Shown in pieces: positions 51,681 to 64,000 of a stretch of 64,000 bases of DNA (position 1 is the stretch's first letter; every line of letters begins with the position of its first letter). This DNA is from Lophium mytilinum (lineage: Eukaryota). The position numbers and the translations under genes are program-made. The notes below the pieces were generated by a model that saw only the letters and a list, made by a program, of their open reading frames with translations, did no database searches and had not been told where the DNA came from. The stretch lies in NCBI GenBank assembly GCA_010093605.1, contig MU004181.1:62001-126000 (forward strand). The letters are read 5' to 3'.

Positions 51681-52247
51681 TCATGCCTTCCCATTAAACG
51701 GCATGCTCGGCGGCGCTAAAGTGCCTCCGTTCCCAACGATCGGCGGCGAGATCGACACCCCCGTCCACGCGGCCATCTTCTTATACTGATCGAGCGTAGC
51801 ACCGCCATCGAAGTTCTGGTTAATCACCATCCCCATGCCCATCTGGCAATGATTCCCCTTGGTCTGCGCGCAGTAGAACCACTTCGGCAGCTTATCCGTG
51901 ACCTCGATCGTAAACGCGTTCGGCGCTTCCGCCTGCACGCCCTTGGTCGCGGGCTGGAAGCCCGAGAAGATGGCGTTGTCGTTGATCGGCACGCAGGGTT
52001 TGGCGAACGAGGACTGCGCGAAGGAGTGGTTCGCCGGCGCGAAGTGCACTTCGACGAGGTCGCCGATTTCCGCGACGATGTTTTCGGGCTCGAAGCGGAG
52101 GGTGCCGGCGAACCCGGCTTCGACGCGGTGGGTGGCGCCGGTGCGGCGGCCGAGGGCGGGGGAGGCGTCTTGGGGGGTTGTGGCGGTGGGGAGGGCGGCG
52201 GCGAGAGTGGCAGCGCCGAGGATGGCGATGGTGGTGAAGGAGACCAT
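51681..52247 (-). CDS. Secreted cupredoxin-fold protein
   Basis: Signal peptide, then F.PENIVAEIGD.V..HF.PANHSFAQSSFAKPC and WFYCAQ..NHCQMGM..VIN, typical of fungal extracellular cupredoxin-like proteins. Confidence 0.85.
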   Translation of the reverse strand: MVSFTTIAILGAATLAAALPTATTPQDASPALGRRTGATHRVEAGFAGTLRFEPENIVAEIGDLVEVHFAPANHSFAQSSFAKPCVPINDNAIFSGFQPATKGVQAEAPNAFTIEVTDKLPKWFYCAQTKGNHCQMGMGMVINQNFDGGATLDQYKKMAAWTGVSISPPIVGNGGTLAPPSMPFNGKA

Positions 52248-53969
52248 TTTGGCTGATTGACTGGGTTGGATATGGGTTTTTGTGGTTTTGTTGTTGGAGT
52301 AGCTGGTGGGACTCTTGATGTACGAAGGAAATCAAGGAAATAAAACACTACCGGAAAGGGAAGAAATGGATCGAGGGTTGATGAGGTGGTGAGGGATGAT
52401 GAGATGATGGATTCGAATTACCGCGACTTCTACCTTTCCTTTATACAATCTCCCTACATGTCAGCGGTGCCTCTTTCCTCTCACGTTCCCGAGAAATGCG
52501 GTCTGGAGGCGTCACACGGAAGGGGCCTAAGCCGATAGGCGGCTTAGAAGGGGTGAGAATGGGCTGCGCACCCGTGGTGTTGGCCTGAAAAAGGTTTACC
52601 AAGATGCGCAGCTTGCTGCTCGGCATCAGCACCTTGATTTAGAGTGTGGAAATTGTGTGCTGACGCCCCGCTGGAAACAAGCAGCCACTAGGTTTGAAAC
52701 GGCGTTCCCGGGGCGGTGGTGGCAGCGGCTGTCAGTTGCGAACTCAGCCACGATGAAGATGGTTTTCCTCGACTTGTCGTGAAGCGGTTCGAGCGTGTCC
52801 GACCAGCAACAGGTAAGGCGGTAAGAAATCCTGTTCTGGAAACGCACAGGACTAGGAATTGAAAAGCCCGGAATCTAGAAATGGTGCTGGCGCCATCAGC
52901 GTGGTGACAGGTACCAGGGACTTCGTTAACGGCTGAAAACCACAGCTCGGGTTTCAGTCGGTGTAAAATTGAGCTTGGTCATGGGAGATAACCATAAGCG
53001 TTATGGCAGCTGGCGTAGGTACGGGCGTGCCTCTGTAAGCCTGTCTGTTGAAATCTACTTCGATGTGCTTGGTCAGGATCTCGGAATAGCCGCGATAGAG
53101 GGTGTGCTATTAATAGAATCGCCAAGCTGAGGCGTACCAGCAGCCCCAAGGTGATGCGGAGAAAATGTCTCTGTATCTCAAATCATTGACATCCCATGAA
53201 GATATTAGAGTTCCTCTGTGGACGGTGTTTCTGGCCGGATAGAAAGATTCTCGAGGAATCGAGATTTTCAAGGCCGACACGGCAACATGGCCCTTTGAGG
53301 CCTCCAAGGTCGTCGTCACCAAGCTGCATGTTGTTGTAAAAATATGAATGAGTTGTCAGTTCGTCCTATGTTGAAACAAATCGAGTGCTGCTGTTCAGGC
53401 TGAGCATGCGGATGGCAAGGCGCCCGTTTCAAGATGAAGTTGGTGGTGTTGGAATTCAAAAGTCTGCGCCCACGATTTGCCGCCGGGCATGCTTCGTTCC
53501 TTATATATCTCGAATCTGCCGGTCAGAAATGAGGCCGGCGGTAATATGCTCACAGCTTGCGCAACAACTTGCTCAAAGAATTCTGTGAAGTTCTTCGGAA
53601 GGAAGGGACCTTGCGGGATGGACTTCAGCGATAGAAGCTTGGCATGTAAGCTGGACGGGAACCTGGGAACCTAAGAACCTGCAAAGAACTGCATGTCAGC
53701 TGCCTGGACCATTGAACGCCTCCAAGGAACTTCGTTAGTTAGTGTTGATATAGTAATCAGAGTGAGGCTGATGGTGACTCGCAAACCCTCGTGACTTGCT
53801 AACGTGCAGGATCGGGCTTGATCGGATTCGATAATCGTCACATATGCGGACGAATGCGGAGGAATATTTGTCGGAAATTCGACGAAAAGGTTCGATCAAT
53901 CCTGTTGAACCGCATCAATTGTTCGTCTCTTGAATCTTGAGCTTCTTCGCCTTCACAAACATCGCCAAA

Positions 53970-54427
53970 ATGCCAATCCTTACCACATCAACACTCCTCT
54001 ATGTGCAGAGCATCCCAATCCTGCTCAACGGAATCGTGACTCTTGTATCCCCAGAGACAGTCGCAGTTCCAGGGACGCCAAAGGTCGCCCTCCATCTCAT
54101 CAGGTATGCAGTCTTTTAAGCTCTTCCGAAATTGTCCGCAGAGTTTCGCGAACATCATCTCCACTCCAATGCGCCTCGCTGCATTAGACCGCCCCCTGCC
54201 CAGTATAGTATCTCTAACAAGACAACAGTATTCTCTCGCTCTCCCTAGGCATTGGTTATATCGTCGCAGCGCAGGCTCCGGCTGCAACTCGTCGAAAGTT
54301 CATGCTGGCTTCGGTGCCGCTCCGAGGCCTTGCCGTATCGCTGTTCTGGGCTGATGGAGAGATTGGCACTGTCATCTGGGAGGGGTCAATGGCGGTCGTG
54401 AACACTGCAGCGGCTCTGTTGCTGTGA
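53970..54427 (+). CDS. Small multi-pass membrane protein (intron 54104-54228)
   Basis: Splicing GTATGC..CTAAC..CAG gives about 110 aa with 3-4 hydrophobic segments ending NTAAALLL*. Confidence 0.7.
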
Positions 54428-55407
54428 TGGAAGGGATTGCGGTGTTGGAAGATGGATGGGATTCTGAGTTGCCAAGGAGCGCATCATTGGCACCTCGGCA
54501 GCGACGGCCGAAACGAATGGGTGCCAAAACATCACCAGCCATCGACCTCAGCTTTATCCATCAAAATCTGTAAATACGTCTTTCTTGTATTTTTATAGCA
54601 TCTAGCCATGTTCTCTTCACGCATTTCGGGGGGTATTCCCCCCTTTTTACATGTCAAATTCTCGTATGCGCACTTCCTGTGCACTACGCCAATGGAAAAT
54701 GCTATCTCCATCACCAAAGCGCCATCATGAGCAGAAATGCCCGCCTCTACCTCTCCTAGGCATCCCAATGAATCGTCTTCTAGCCCGGCTTCATACAGGA
54801 TCTGCGCCGTCATTGGCCATGAGGGATTCATTGTGGCCTCCCCCCAGCGACGACCGACGAGTTACGTTCGATGAGGCCATGAACCAGCCGCTAAATCGAT
54901 AGCTGGTTGATGGTAGCAATAGAAGTCTAATTCACAATCTCAAACTACGCATATCTGTCATCTCCGCTGATGCAATGATAGTTGAAGTTTGGTAGCATGT
55001 GCCTTCCAATATCTCGCCTCTTCGAGATTTTCTCGACAACCGTGGTCGCTTTTACCAATAACACACAAACTCTTGCAAATGCCCAAAAGATTGGAGGTTT
55101 AAGAGACAAAGTCCAAATCCGTATGTTCCGAACAGTTTCCATAACCGCGGAGTAATGGAAGCTCGCGGTGCTCCGCGCCTCGTGCCTTCGAGCCCATCTA
55201 ACGCAGTATCTTTCCCCGCCTGCATTCTAAGGATATGTCTCCTTTGGATAAGTTTGCTATTTCTAGCAAAGGTTTCCCGGGCAGACGATATCTCTAGCAT
55301 GCTTCCAACTACTAGAAGCTTCCAAGAAGGGCAGAATAACAGCTATATAGGTAGGCTCATGTGCCGCTACTCTGACGACCACCTCTATTCCTCCACCCTG
55401 GCACAAA

Positions 55408-56526
55408 ATGGGAAAACGGGGAAGAGCACAGCCGGATGGCGGCCAAAAGAAGAGGGCTAAGCAGAGGAAGACAGCGGCTAAAGACCAAGAAGTACTCACC
55501 GAGAGCCAACGCGCAGAAAATCACAAACGAGACTGCTATAGGCTAGGAGCATTTCCCCTGCTAGCACTCCCTGGCGAGCTCCGGAACCGTGTCTACGAGT
55601 TCGCACTCGTCTGCCAAAAGATACTGATCGAAGAATATTCAACACGCAGGTGTCTGAAACCTGGAGACTATGACTCGTTCTGCAAAACGCCGGAAGAACA
55701 AGTTGCCAACACGCAAACATGTCTAGATCTCCTTCGCGTCAGCCGCCAAGTTCGAAACGAATCACGACCGATCTTCTACGGCAAAAACGTTTTCCACTTC
55801 TCGACGTCATTATATGGCAACGCCAACTCCGTTTTAACCTTTCTTGAATTACGCCCGGACGAGGTACTCCGAAATTGGCTCCAGCAAATCCATATTGGCC
55901 CGCTAGCGCCGACTAACTGGCCATCATTTCAAGCATTGGGAGATTTCCTGGCGCAACAGAAACTGCCATTGCGGTACTTAGGCCTGTTATTCGAAGCCTT
56001 CGTTCCTATCGTGACCATCGAAGACGATGGTTCCTGGGCGTGGCAATGGGCCGATATGTTCAGGCATACTTCTGATGACCACGACGCGATGCAGTACTTC
56101 CTCTCCGCCCTGCGCACAGCCATACCCACGCGCACTCTGGCTTTGATGATCACCACGCCGGCTACATACATGAATTACGGTGCTCCTCGTACACAGCATC
56201 CCACAATACGGCATGCAGTTGCGTTCATGGCGTTCCTCCGCTCTAAGTTGCTACTAGATGCGGAGAAGTTTGGGTTGGGCGAGAGAGGCATCGAGGTGGA
56301 GCGTACCTGGGCCCTTCGAGAAGACATGAAAACCAAGTCCAGCAAAGATAATCGGCGTCTGTTCCGTGATCCTAAGAACCGGGTTGTGTCGCTCCTGAAG
56401 CTACAGTGCAAAGATAATAGCCAGGGAAGGTCGCTGCTGGAGGAGGGTGGTGAGGAGGTGGAGTTGAAGAGGAGGGAGGAGATGGCGTTGGCGGAGAAAG
56501 GACCCTTTGATCTTCGGCAGCCATAG
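55408..56526 (+). CDS. Hypothetical protein with fungal F-box-like N-terminal motif
   Basis: 372-aa ORF with FPLLALPGELRNRVYEFAL and LLRVSRQVRNESRPIFYGKNVFHF. Confidence 0.82.
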   Translation: MGKRGRAQPDGGQKKRAKQRKTAAKDQEVLTESQRAENHKRDCYRLGAFPLLALPGELRNRVYEFALVCQKILIEEYSTRRCLKPGDYDSFCKTPEEQVANTQTCLDLLRVSRQVRNESRPIFYGKNVFHFSTSLYGNANSVLTFLELRPDEVLRNWLQQIHIGPLAPTNWPSFQALGDFLAQQKLPLRYLGLLFEAFVPIVTIEDDGSWAWQWADMFRHTSDDHDAMQYFLSALRTAIPTRTLALMITTPATYMNYGAPRTQHPTIRHAVAFMAFLRSKLLLDAEKFGLGERGIEVERTWALREDMKTKSSKDNRRLFRDPKNRVVSLLKLQCKDNSQGRSLLEEGGEEVELKRREEMALAEKGPFDLRQP

Positions 56527-57347
56527 GAAGTTTGACGCATGAGGTATCGCGAGCTTGGCATTAGATGACAAGCTCTGAATCTCTCATACTACGTTTTCTA
56601 TGGCCCCTAAATATTGCAACTAAGTTCTGTACGTGAGATCTGATTCACAACGTGAAAGAAAGCAGGACCCTATGCGTAATCTGCGGAACTGTCGATATCA
56701 AGTCACAGGTATGCTGCTCTCCCACTTGCGGTAGTATGGAATGCGTTCAAATTGAGGAGAAAAGGAGTAGGAATGGGATTATGTTGGGGAGGAGGGGCCA
56801 TTTGAGAGCTGTTAGTCATTTCTTTGAATGAAATCTTCTTGTGTTCCTGCCAGCCTGACAGTGAGTGCATCTCGAGTTGTAGACTTTAAAAGTTCGGGGA
56901 TCATTTTACCCACTGGAACCTCGCCACCTTTTATTCATAATTCTTGGAATTCCTCAGTGCCCGCTTTGCAACAAGGGCGAGAAGTATCAACATGGTGGAG
57001 AAAAGTTCTACTGAGAGTAACGATATTGAGGTGGCGTGGTGAAGTAACGATAGCTACTAAGTAGCGATGGCATGGTTAAGGTTGAACGATATGTAGGCAG
57101 CGTTTCAAGTCGCGTGCCGCTGCTCGCTCATTTGTGTCAATGTCAGTTGTTCTTCCTGAAATGGCCTATGGTATTTTTACTACTCGAGAAACTTCGCGTG
57201 ACGATTGCGGTGTCTTGGTCGTGCTCGCAATTTCTGGAACTATCTTCTTGAGCGGGCAAACGATATACCAAACCCCGTTCATAGTTCTTGATTTCCAAAT
57301 CCTTTCCGACACAAGACGACGGTATTAGAAACGACCCCTAGTACGGT

Positions 57348-58000
57348 ATGGTAAAGAGGGGAAGGACAAGTCCAAAGGGGACCTCCCATGGGCAGACCAA
57401 GAGGACGAAGTTAGGTCCTCAATCGACCGAGGAGCACATCCTAAATTGCCTTTGTTTACATACCTTCCGCTTCTTAGCCCTTCCTATAGAGCTTCGCGAT
57501 CGGGTCTATGAGTTCGTGCTCGTTCGAAGGAGATCAAAATCAGACGTTCGGCAGATTCGAGCGACGAACGTAGGTATATACTTTTGATGGTAGTCATCGA
57601 CGACGGCCGAGCCTCGACCTTGGGCTGTGGTCGAACACCACGGTAGGGTTGAGGTGTGTCGATGATTATGAGGCGAAATCCCGGCTGGTACATTCAAGGG
57701 TGAATCACAGCTGGAGCCTCGAGGAGCTCGAAGAGCATTAAGATCAAGGATGCTTGTACGCTTGACGCGGAGGAAAGACTGTTTCGACCGTTTACCCAAC
57801 AGTTCGGTACCAGTAAAGAATTACGTTGCCGGAGGAACTTCTAGATGCAATACATTATTCCTTTTTAAGGCGCTCTAGACTGTCATTAATATAAATCAAC
57901 CGTAATGTCTTTGACAGAGCGAATGAACGCAGCCCTACATGAACTCACAAGCCTCGCCTTACTACTTTCTTAGATATTTTAGCATCTTTCAAGAGGTTCA
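57348..58000 (+). pseudogene. Degenerate tandem paralog of 55408-56526
   Basis: MVKRGR...FRFLALPIELRDRVYEFVLV matches MGKRGR...FPLLALPGELRNRVYEFALV. The ORF ends after 79 aa and downstream sequence is stop-rich and AT-rich. The 3' boundary is approximate. Confidence 0.72.
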
Positions 58001-58462
58001 AGGTACGGTAGAGGTGCGCTAATATAAGTAAGTGGTGCGCTTAGATCTTCCGCTACTACCTATTAGGTGGTTTACATAACCCTTCGACCAGTAACATAGT
58101 CACGTGACTATATCACTCCAATTTCATCTAGTCCATCCATTGCACATCCCTACCAATGATTCCTAGAATATCTCAGCAGTGTCTGTTATTTATTCTCGGT
58201 TTGTCAAGAGATCAAAAGCATGTATTTCTCGAAAGAACATTGCTGACAAATACTCCTCCCCTACTATTGGTCGCCGTAATTTACCCCTCTCTATCACCCC
58301 TCAACCCCACATAAGCATCAACGACATCATCGATCCAACTCCAAGCTTCCTTTGACGCCATGGTAGGCATGCTATACCCCATTCCTTGAAAGCTCACCAT
58401 GGCGTGTGTTCTACACCCTCACAAGCCTCTATAATCCCCTTCTTTGACCAACCTTACGCAAA

Positions 58463-59382
58463 ATGTCTACCTCAGAGTACGCAAGAGCTCGAAGAGCACG
58501 CAAAGAACTTACTAAAATATCAGCAGCTTACACAAACTCGCCGTAAAGCTTGTCAAAGATGGCCCCTACAAGCGAGAACACACGTCCCGACGCGTGAGAG
58601 GGTTGTTCTATGGGGTGTACGCGTTTGATACGATCAACGCGGAATATGTTTGGGAGGTGCCCAACTATCCCCAGTACGCACGATCTACCCTCAATAGACC
58701 GCAGGCGCTGATGTTTGCTTAGGTTTTACATACCAATCAGAGACTTCTCCGATTCAAACGCAAAACTCTCAGCCCTGAAGGAAGTCGAGAAGACAGACGG
58801 AGGTGCATACTGGGCAGAGCTCGCGGTGGGATCCAGAAACACAAACAGGGTGATTGAATTCCGGAAGGGGCCCCTCGCTGGATTCGTAAAGGTTGTGTTT
58901 GGGGCTATTGGTACGTTTTCGATTGCCTAACGCCTCGCACTCGCGCCCCCAATCATCTTACTAACCACCCGCCAGACCAATGGTTCGAAGAAGAAACCCC
59001 GATCTACGTCCACCCGAAAGACCCTTACAAGCGCATCTCAATCCTCCCATCCACCCGCCACATACGAATCGAAATGGACGGCGTCACGATCGCCGAAACC
59101 TCCACCCCGATCTTCCTCCACGAAACGTCCCTCCCGACGCGGTATTATATACCACCTACAAGCATCAATTGGGCTTATCTCCGGAAGAGTGGCCAGGAGA
59201 CGAGCTGCCCGTATAAGGGAAAGGCGAATTATTATCATGTTGCGGTCAAGAATAGTCAGCACGATAATATCTGTTGGTGGTATCAATATCCGACGATGGA
59301 GAGTGCGCCGATTGCGGGGTATCTTTGCTTTTATAACGGGGTGGTTGATGTGTTTATTGATGGAGTGAGAGAGGGGGATTAG
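58463..59382 (+). CDS. DUF427-domain protein (tandem domains), multi-exon
   Basis: Spliced product MSTSDSLHKLAVKLVKDGPYK..RRVRG..VWEVPNYPQFYIP..WFEEETPIYVHPKDPYKRI..LHETSLPTRYYIP..CPYKGKANYY..WWYQYP..IAGYLCFYN. Confidence 0.85.
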
Positions 59383-59878
59383 CAGCCTATTCTGAGGCAG
59401 ATGTTGGGGGTATGGAGAAAAAGCTGGCCTGAGGAATGCAGCGCTTCGGCAAGGAGATCTCGTGTGAGAACATCAGGAGTGGAGGGGTGTTGCTCTGATT
59501 TACTCAAAATCCAGAAGGTTTGCGGGAAGCGTTCAGCATCCATCTACAGTCCTAGGCCACAAGTCTGGGCACACTCGGCTCTAACTTGCCCACTCAACAC
59601 TACTGTTGGGGGTGGCCTGGTTGCTGAGCAGACAAACAGTCAAAAGGCAGTCTAATTTATCCTGCTTGAAGCTTGACATCACCCTTGGGCCCTCGAAACC
59701 CTGTTGGGGTACCCAAGTAGCGGCATACCAGTGTGCCCAGACTTGTGGCCTGTCACTGAATTTTATTCCAAGTTACAAAACCCAGCTTCAATAACTCCAT
59801 TTCGCATTCCAAGCACTAGCAGTCTTGCATCTTCCCCTTGGCCCCCCCACACTCACAACGAACGCTCTTACTATCCCC

Positions 59879-61769
59879 TCAATCCAACGGCGGCGCCCCC
59901 GGATCCATCATACACTGATCCACCCTCATCAATCTCTTCCCCGTCGCCTTCGCCTCCCTAATAAACTCCCTCAAATACCCCACCGTACTCGCATACAGAT
60001 AATGCATCACCACCAAATCCCCGCCCTTCCCCACATCCCTCCGAAACGCATCCAACTGCTTCTCCGGCGTCCCGCTCTCCCCCCACAGCCAGTCCTCAAC
60101 ATCCACACTCCACATCACCACGCTCGGATCCTCCACCCCCAGCACCGCCGCCAGCCGCTCCCGCATCCGCGCCCCCTCGGTGCCGTACGGCGGGCGGAAA
60201 TACGTGGACTTGGGCAAGTCGGGGAACGTGGACGCCATGGCGGCGAGGTCGGAGACGTATTCAGCGTCGATGGCGGCGGTGGAGGGGAGGCCTTCCATCT
60301 TCGGGTGCGTGAAGCTGTGGAGGGCGATTTGGTGGCCGCGGGCCGCCGCGTCGCGGTACACGTTGCTGAGATTCGTAGAGGGGTCTAGTAGAGCTTGGCC
60401 GACGGTAAAGAAAGTTACGGTCACGTTTTCTTCGGCGAGGATCTGCAGGACGGTTTGGGCGTATTCGGGCTCGCCGTCGTCGATGCCGAAGGCGAAGGAG
60501 TTGGGCCGGCGGCAGTGGAAGAGGAGGGAGCCCGTGGGGAGTTTGGGCGGGATGGGGAAGGAGGGGGGGATGGTGGGGAGGAGTTCGATACGCGTGAGTT
60601 TTAGGGAGTCGGTGGGGTGGTAGAAGCCTTTTAGTGCGACGCCGATGACGCGGGTCATGTTCATGTTGAAATGGGAGAGGGGGATGTAGATATCCGTGCC
60701 GTTGGAGTAGCGCGATGCTTCGACGGAGTCCCAGGTTTCGGGGAAAGGGACGATGTCCTCTGAGCAGGCGGCGTTGTGCTGCTGGAGGGCGACGGTGAAC
60801 GCGGTGGTTCCTGAGTACGCGATGTGGAGATAGGCGGAGGCGTAGGCGGCTAAGGAAACGCAAGTGTCCGAGAATTGGCTGTAGAAGCTGAAGTCGGCAT
60901 CGGAGGATCGGATTGTGAGAGATTTGGAGCCCCAAGTCAACGACATGCCATCGTCGGCACCATGCCAGTGGCCAGCGGCGTTTGTGGAGGATGAGGCGAA
61001 GGTGTCGATGAGAGAGGGCGTGGGCGCCGCTTGGGCCTTGACGGAAATGGAGATTGGTTTTGATGCTGTAGCAGAGACGGAAGTCGTAGCTGAGGCGCTT
61101 GAAGCTGAAGACAAGTTATTTAGCAACCCTAATGAAAAAGAGGGAGGTTTTGCAACGGATGAAGATCCACCCGAAGCTCTAGATGTCGTCGCATTGCAAG
61201 CGAAATTAACACCACTTAACTTCCACGTCGCCGTCGTATTCGAGAAGGTCCCCCATACGAATGACGTTATCGCATTGGGGTTTGACTCGGTGTACGATGA
61301 CAACGGAATCGAAAGAAGCTGAGTCCCACCCGGAAACGAGCCGAACACGATTTCTTCGCTCGTGTAGCTCGTGTCTTCGCAAGACGCCTTGGTTTGAATC
61401 TCGAGATTGAATGTAGCACCTGCTGGTGCATCAATGGCGAACTGAATGCGATTGTATCCGTTGTTGAGGTATGAGCTGCATGGCAAGGTCTCATATAAGT
61501 AGGACGCGTCTTTAGGCACGAATGACAGGATGCCGTTGGTTGCGGATATGGATGACATTGTTCCATCATCTAGTTCGTGCTGTCAGCTTAGCCATTTGGG
61601 TGGGAGCGGAAGGGTGAGAGAACGTAGTACCGCTAACGAAAGAATTCAACTCATTCGTCTTCGTTATCCAACCCTGGAAATCATCAATTAGAAGAGGTCC
61701 CGTGCATAGGGCGAGTATTCTTTGAACGCAGAAGGCTGGCAAAATATGAACGATGGCGAGGGTACGCAT
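59879..61769 (-). CDS. Secreted polysaccharide deacetylase (CE4/NodB) with long N-terminal extension; one short intron near 61570-61630
   Basis: Signal peptide and NodB motifs GIDDG, HSFTH, FRPPYG, WSVDVEDW and VMH. Two beta-rich modules separated by an S/A-rich linker precede the catalytic domain. Confidence 0.92.
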
Positions 61770-62429
61770 TGTAGAAAAGACAATCTATCAAGAAACGACC
61801 AAGTAAGAAGATGAGAGCCGAAGACTCGACGGCCTAAGGGAGAGAGGTAATTCCAGAATAGAGAAGTGGAGGACGTGGTCTCCTTTATGAAAATTGCCTG
61901 CTCCATAAGTTCTTCCGATTTCAATGTTGCACGGCAGAGCAAACCGTTTTCGTGTGACAAAACGGGGTTGACACCTCTCAAGTGGGGCGAGGCAGAAGGA
62001 ACGACGTGAAAGGCAGACATCGCAAGAATAGGACGTAGACTTCCGGAAGACGGTTCTTTTCATCACTATAATGCTATGTGTGAGGAATGGTGATAGCGCT
62101 GAGATGCGGTTGTGCTTTCGGAGGTGCTGCGGGGAGAATCGACCCCTGACGCTAACCGCAAAGGGAAAGGTTCCGTCGGTTCCTCTATTCTTCTGGATGC
62201 ATCTCTGAACGTCACAAATATCATGCATTCGACTGAAAAGAACGAATGTATCAGCTTCATGAAATATTGCATCCTGAGTTATGTGGTTTCTCCCTAGTTG
62301 CCTGCCGTCGCTCTCCTGTCCCAACGCGTTGCACATTCATTCCCCGCAAACTTGCCAGTACGCAACACAAGCTTGTAGAATTAATAGCTCATCGTCGGCC
62401 TGTATTGTCTCGGCACGTAAAAAGCGCCG

Positions 62430-62888
62430 CTAAGGATGTGGAGCACATGTCTTGATCCAATCCTCAACGCGTCCTGCTAAATCATCGTGCTTCGCCCTAT
62501 GAAGCCCATACGAGATGACTTTCGCTCCGAAAGGAATATCGCGTCTGTACTTCCGCTCTACTAGTGCCACTAATTTTATTCGTCCATAGATAGGTGCTGT
62601 CACGTCGGGCGCCGGAAAAGCGGCCAGATCGTCGGGTGCTGCAGGATTGTACATCATCACAAATAAGTCTTGAGAATCGCCATCTCGAGAGTTTCGAATG
62701 TAATCGTGAAGATATAACATACCGACCGGGTCTGGTACGTTCAGTCCTGCTAGACTCACTCCTTGGTTTTGGAACATGTAGCTTGAGTAGAGCTAGTTCC
62801 ATGCTTCCGCGTCGCTGATTTTGAACCCGAAAATTGGTCCTCTGAACGGATCTGCCGCGTCTCTTAGCCAATGTAATGCGACTGCCAT
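62430..62888 (-). pseudogene. Hypothetical gene with one in-frame TAG (or a 115-aa CDS starting at 62777)
   Basis: ATG at 62888 in AAAAATGG context is in frame with the 62777 ORF but interrupted by TAG at 62793-62795. Confidence 0.4.
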
Positions 62889-64000
62889 TTTTTCTCTCGC
62901 GGAGCTTGGATGAGGAGAGATAAGTGGATGGAAAGAGTGTATAAGTAGGGTTATTCTACGTTTGCTACAAAGTTAGCGGACGATCACTCTGTTTCGTGCT
63001 CTTTTCAAAGCAATGGTCAGATCAATCTCTACCTGCTTCCGTCTTGACCGACTGGGCAGTCAATCTGGCGGCCACATGTCCCATGTAGTAAAGTCTAATG
63101 AACCAACCCTCGTGTCTTCTTGACTTTCGGGCACCCGTCAAGCACGCGAAAGTTATCAAGCCGTCACATTGCAATCAGCAAACCTTCCAAAATCATCCAT
63201 GACTATTCCGATACGTGTTTTCACCTGTTATGCCCTCCCACACTGTCAGCCTTTGGGAAAATCTGAGATGTCACTAGAGGAAAAACGGAAAGAGTAACTG
63301 GACGTTTGCGGAAGTAGCTTCATTGGTTCATTCCGTGTCTTATGTGCCTTGATCAAACGAGTGACTGGAAACGTTATTACGGACCCAGATGACGCCTGTG
63401 TCATATAGCCGTGAAAGACATGCTGCGCCGGCGAAATTTCTGACCAATCAGTGCAGTAGCCAAAGGAAATTCATAGTTCCATGCCGTGGCTTCAACAATA
63501 TGTTATCCGAAAGAGATCGCTCGATTCAGGCCTTTCAAAATGAGCGACGATCGCCAGGTAAAGAGCGGCTACGACAAGGCGTAGTTCGATCTTCGCTTCA
63601 TCAATATTGGGTTTATCCCCTATCCATTGTCTTTACGAATGTCCGCCATGGCCCTCTCCTTCACTGTGATACATCCCCGCAAATATCTCCAGTCTACAAA
63701 TCAAACACATTAAACCTGCAGCTATGATTCACCCCGAATTCTAATAGAAGGCATGTTGTAGACGTCGGCTACCGATAGCGTCTTATCTGTCTTTGGCCAT
63801 CTTTTCCCCGCAAAATTCGCCCTACTAGCTCGTGATTAAGCAGCGATATTTGATATGAAGACACCAGTATGATCGGACCGTCAATGCACAAAATTGCGAA
63901 TGATGTCACGAATACTTTTCGTCAAGGCGTCATGATCCTCCGTATCACCATCCTTGTGATACACCACTTTCGCTCCTTGAGGCGTATCTCGGAAATCGGA

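Noticed and set aside
58463..59382. Functional link between DUF427 (sometimes labelled as a nucleotidyltransferase-related domain) and the NTase-like array
   Set aside because: No shared motifs; it is a common conserved gene and the label alone is not evidence.
9565..61322. Many antisense or alternate-frame ORFs overlapping real genes (e.g. 9565-10179, 51824-52348, 60261-60935)
   Set aside because: Shadows of GC-rich codon usage in the genuine CDSs.
1..64000. Starship or other giant mobile element, or a secondary-metabolite cluster
   Set aside because: No tyrosine-recombinase captain, transposase, PKS, NRPS or terpene synthase was recognised in the window.

Overview
Intron-containing fungal genomic DNA from a filamentous ascomycete (GT-AG introns with CTAAC/CTGAC branch sites). 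Much of the window is a birth-and-death region for putative ubiquitin-ligase adaptor genes. It holds three BTB/POZ paralogs (one dead) and nine copies of an uncharacterised family that joins an N-terminal F-box-like motif to a degenerate pol-beta-type nucleotidyltransferase-like motif; eight of these lie in one array at about 30.3-46.7 kb. There are also 'LPxELRxxVY' F-box-like genes and pseudogenes, and an orphan gene with a dead paralog. Small mobile elements hit the array: a 242-bp hAT-type MITE with an 8-bp TSD, and a 72-bp TG...CA solo-LTR-like insert with a 5-bp TSD that breaks one paralog. The first ~10 kb carries a degenerate satellite family with periods of about 160, 97 and 150 bp. 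Ordinary genes include an M35 deuterolysin facing a stand-alone prodomain-like gene, a GPI-anchored protein, a GH3 beta-glucosidase, a JmjC protein, an IMP1-like peptidase, a cupredoxin-like secreted protein, a DUF427 protein and a CE4 polysaccharide deacetylase. Family assignments come from motif recognition by eye; no searches were run.
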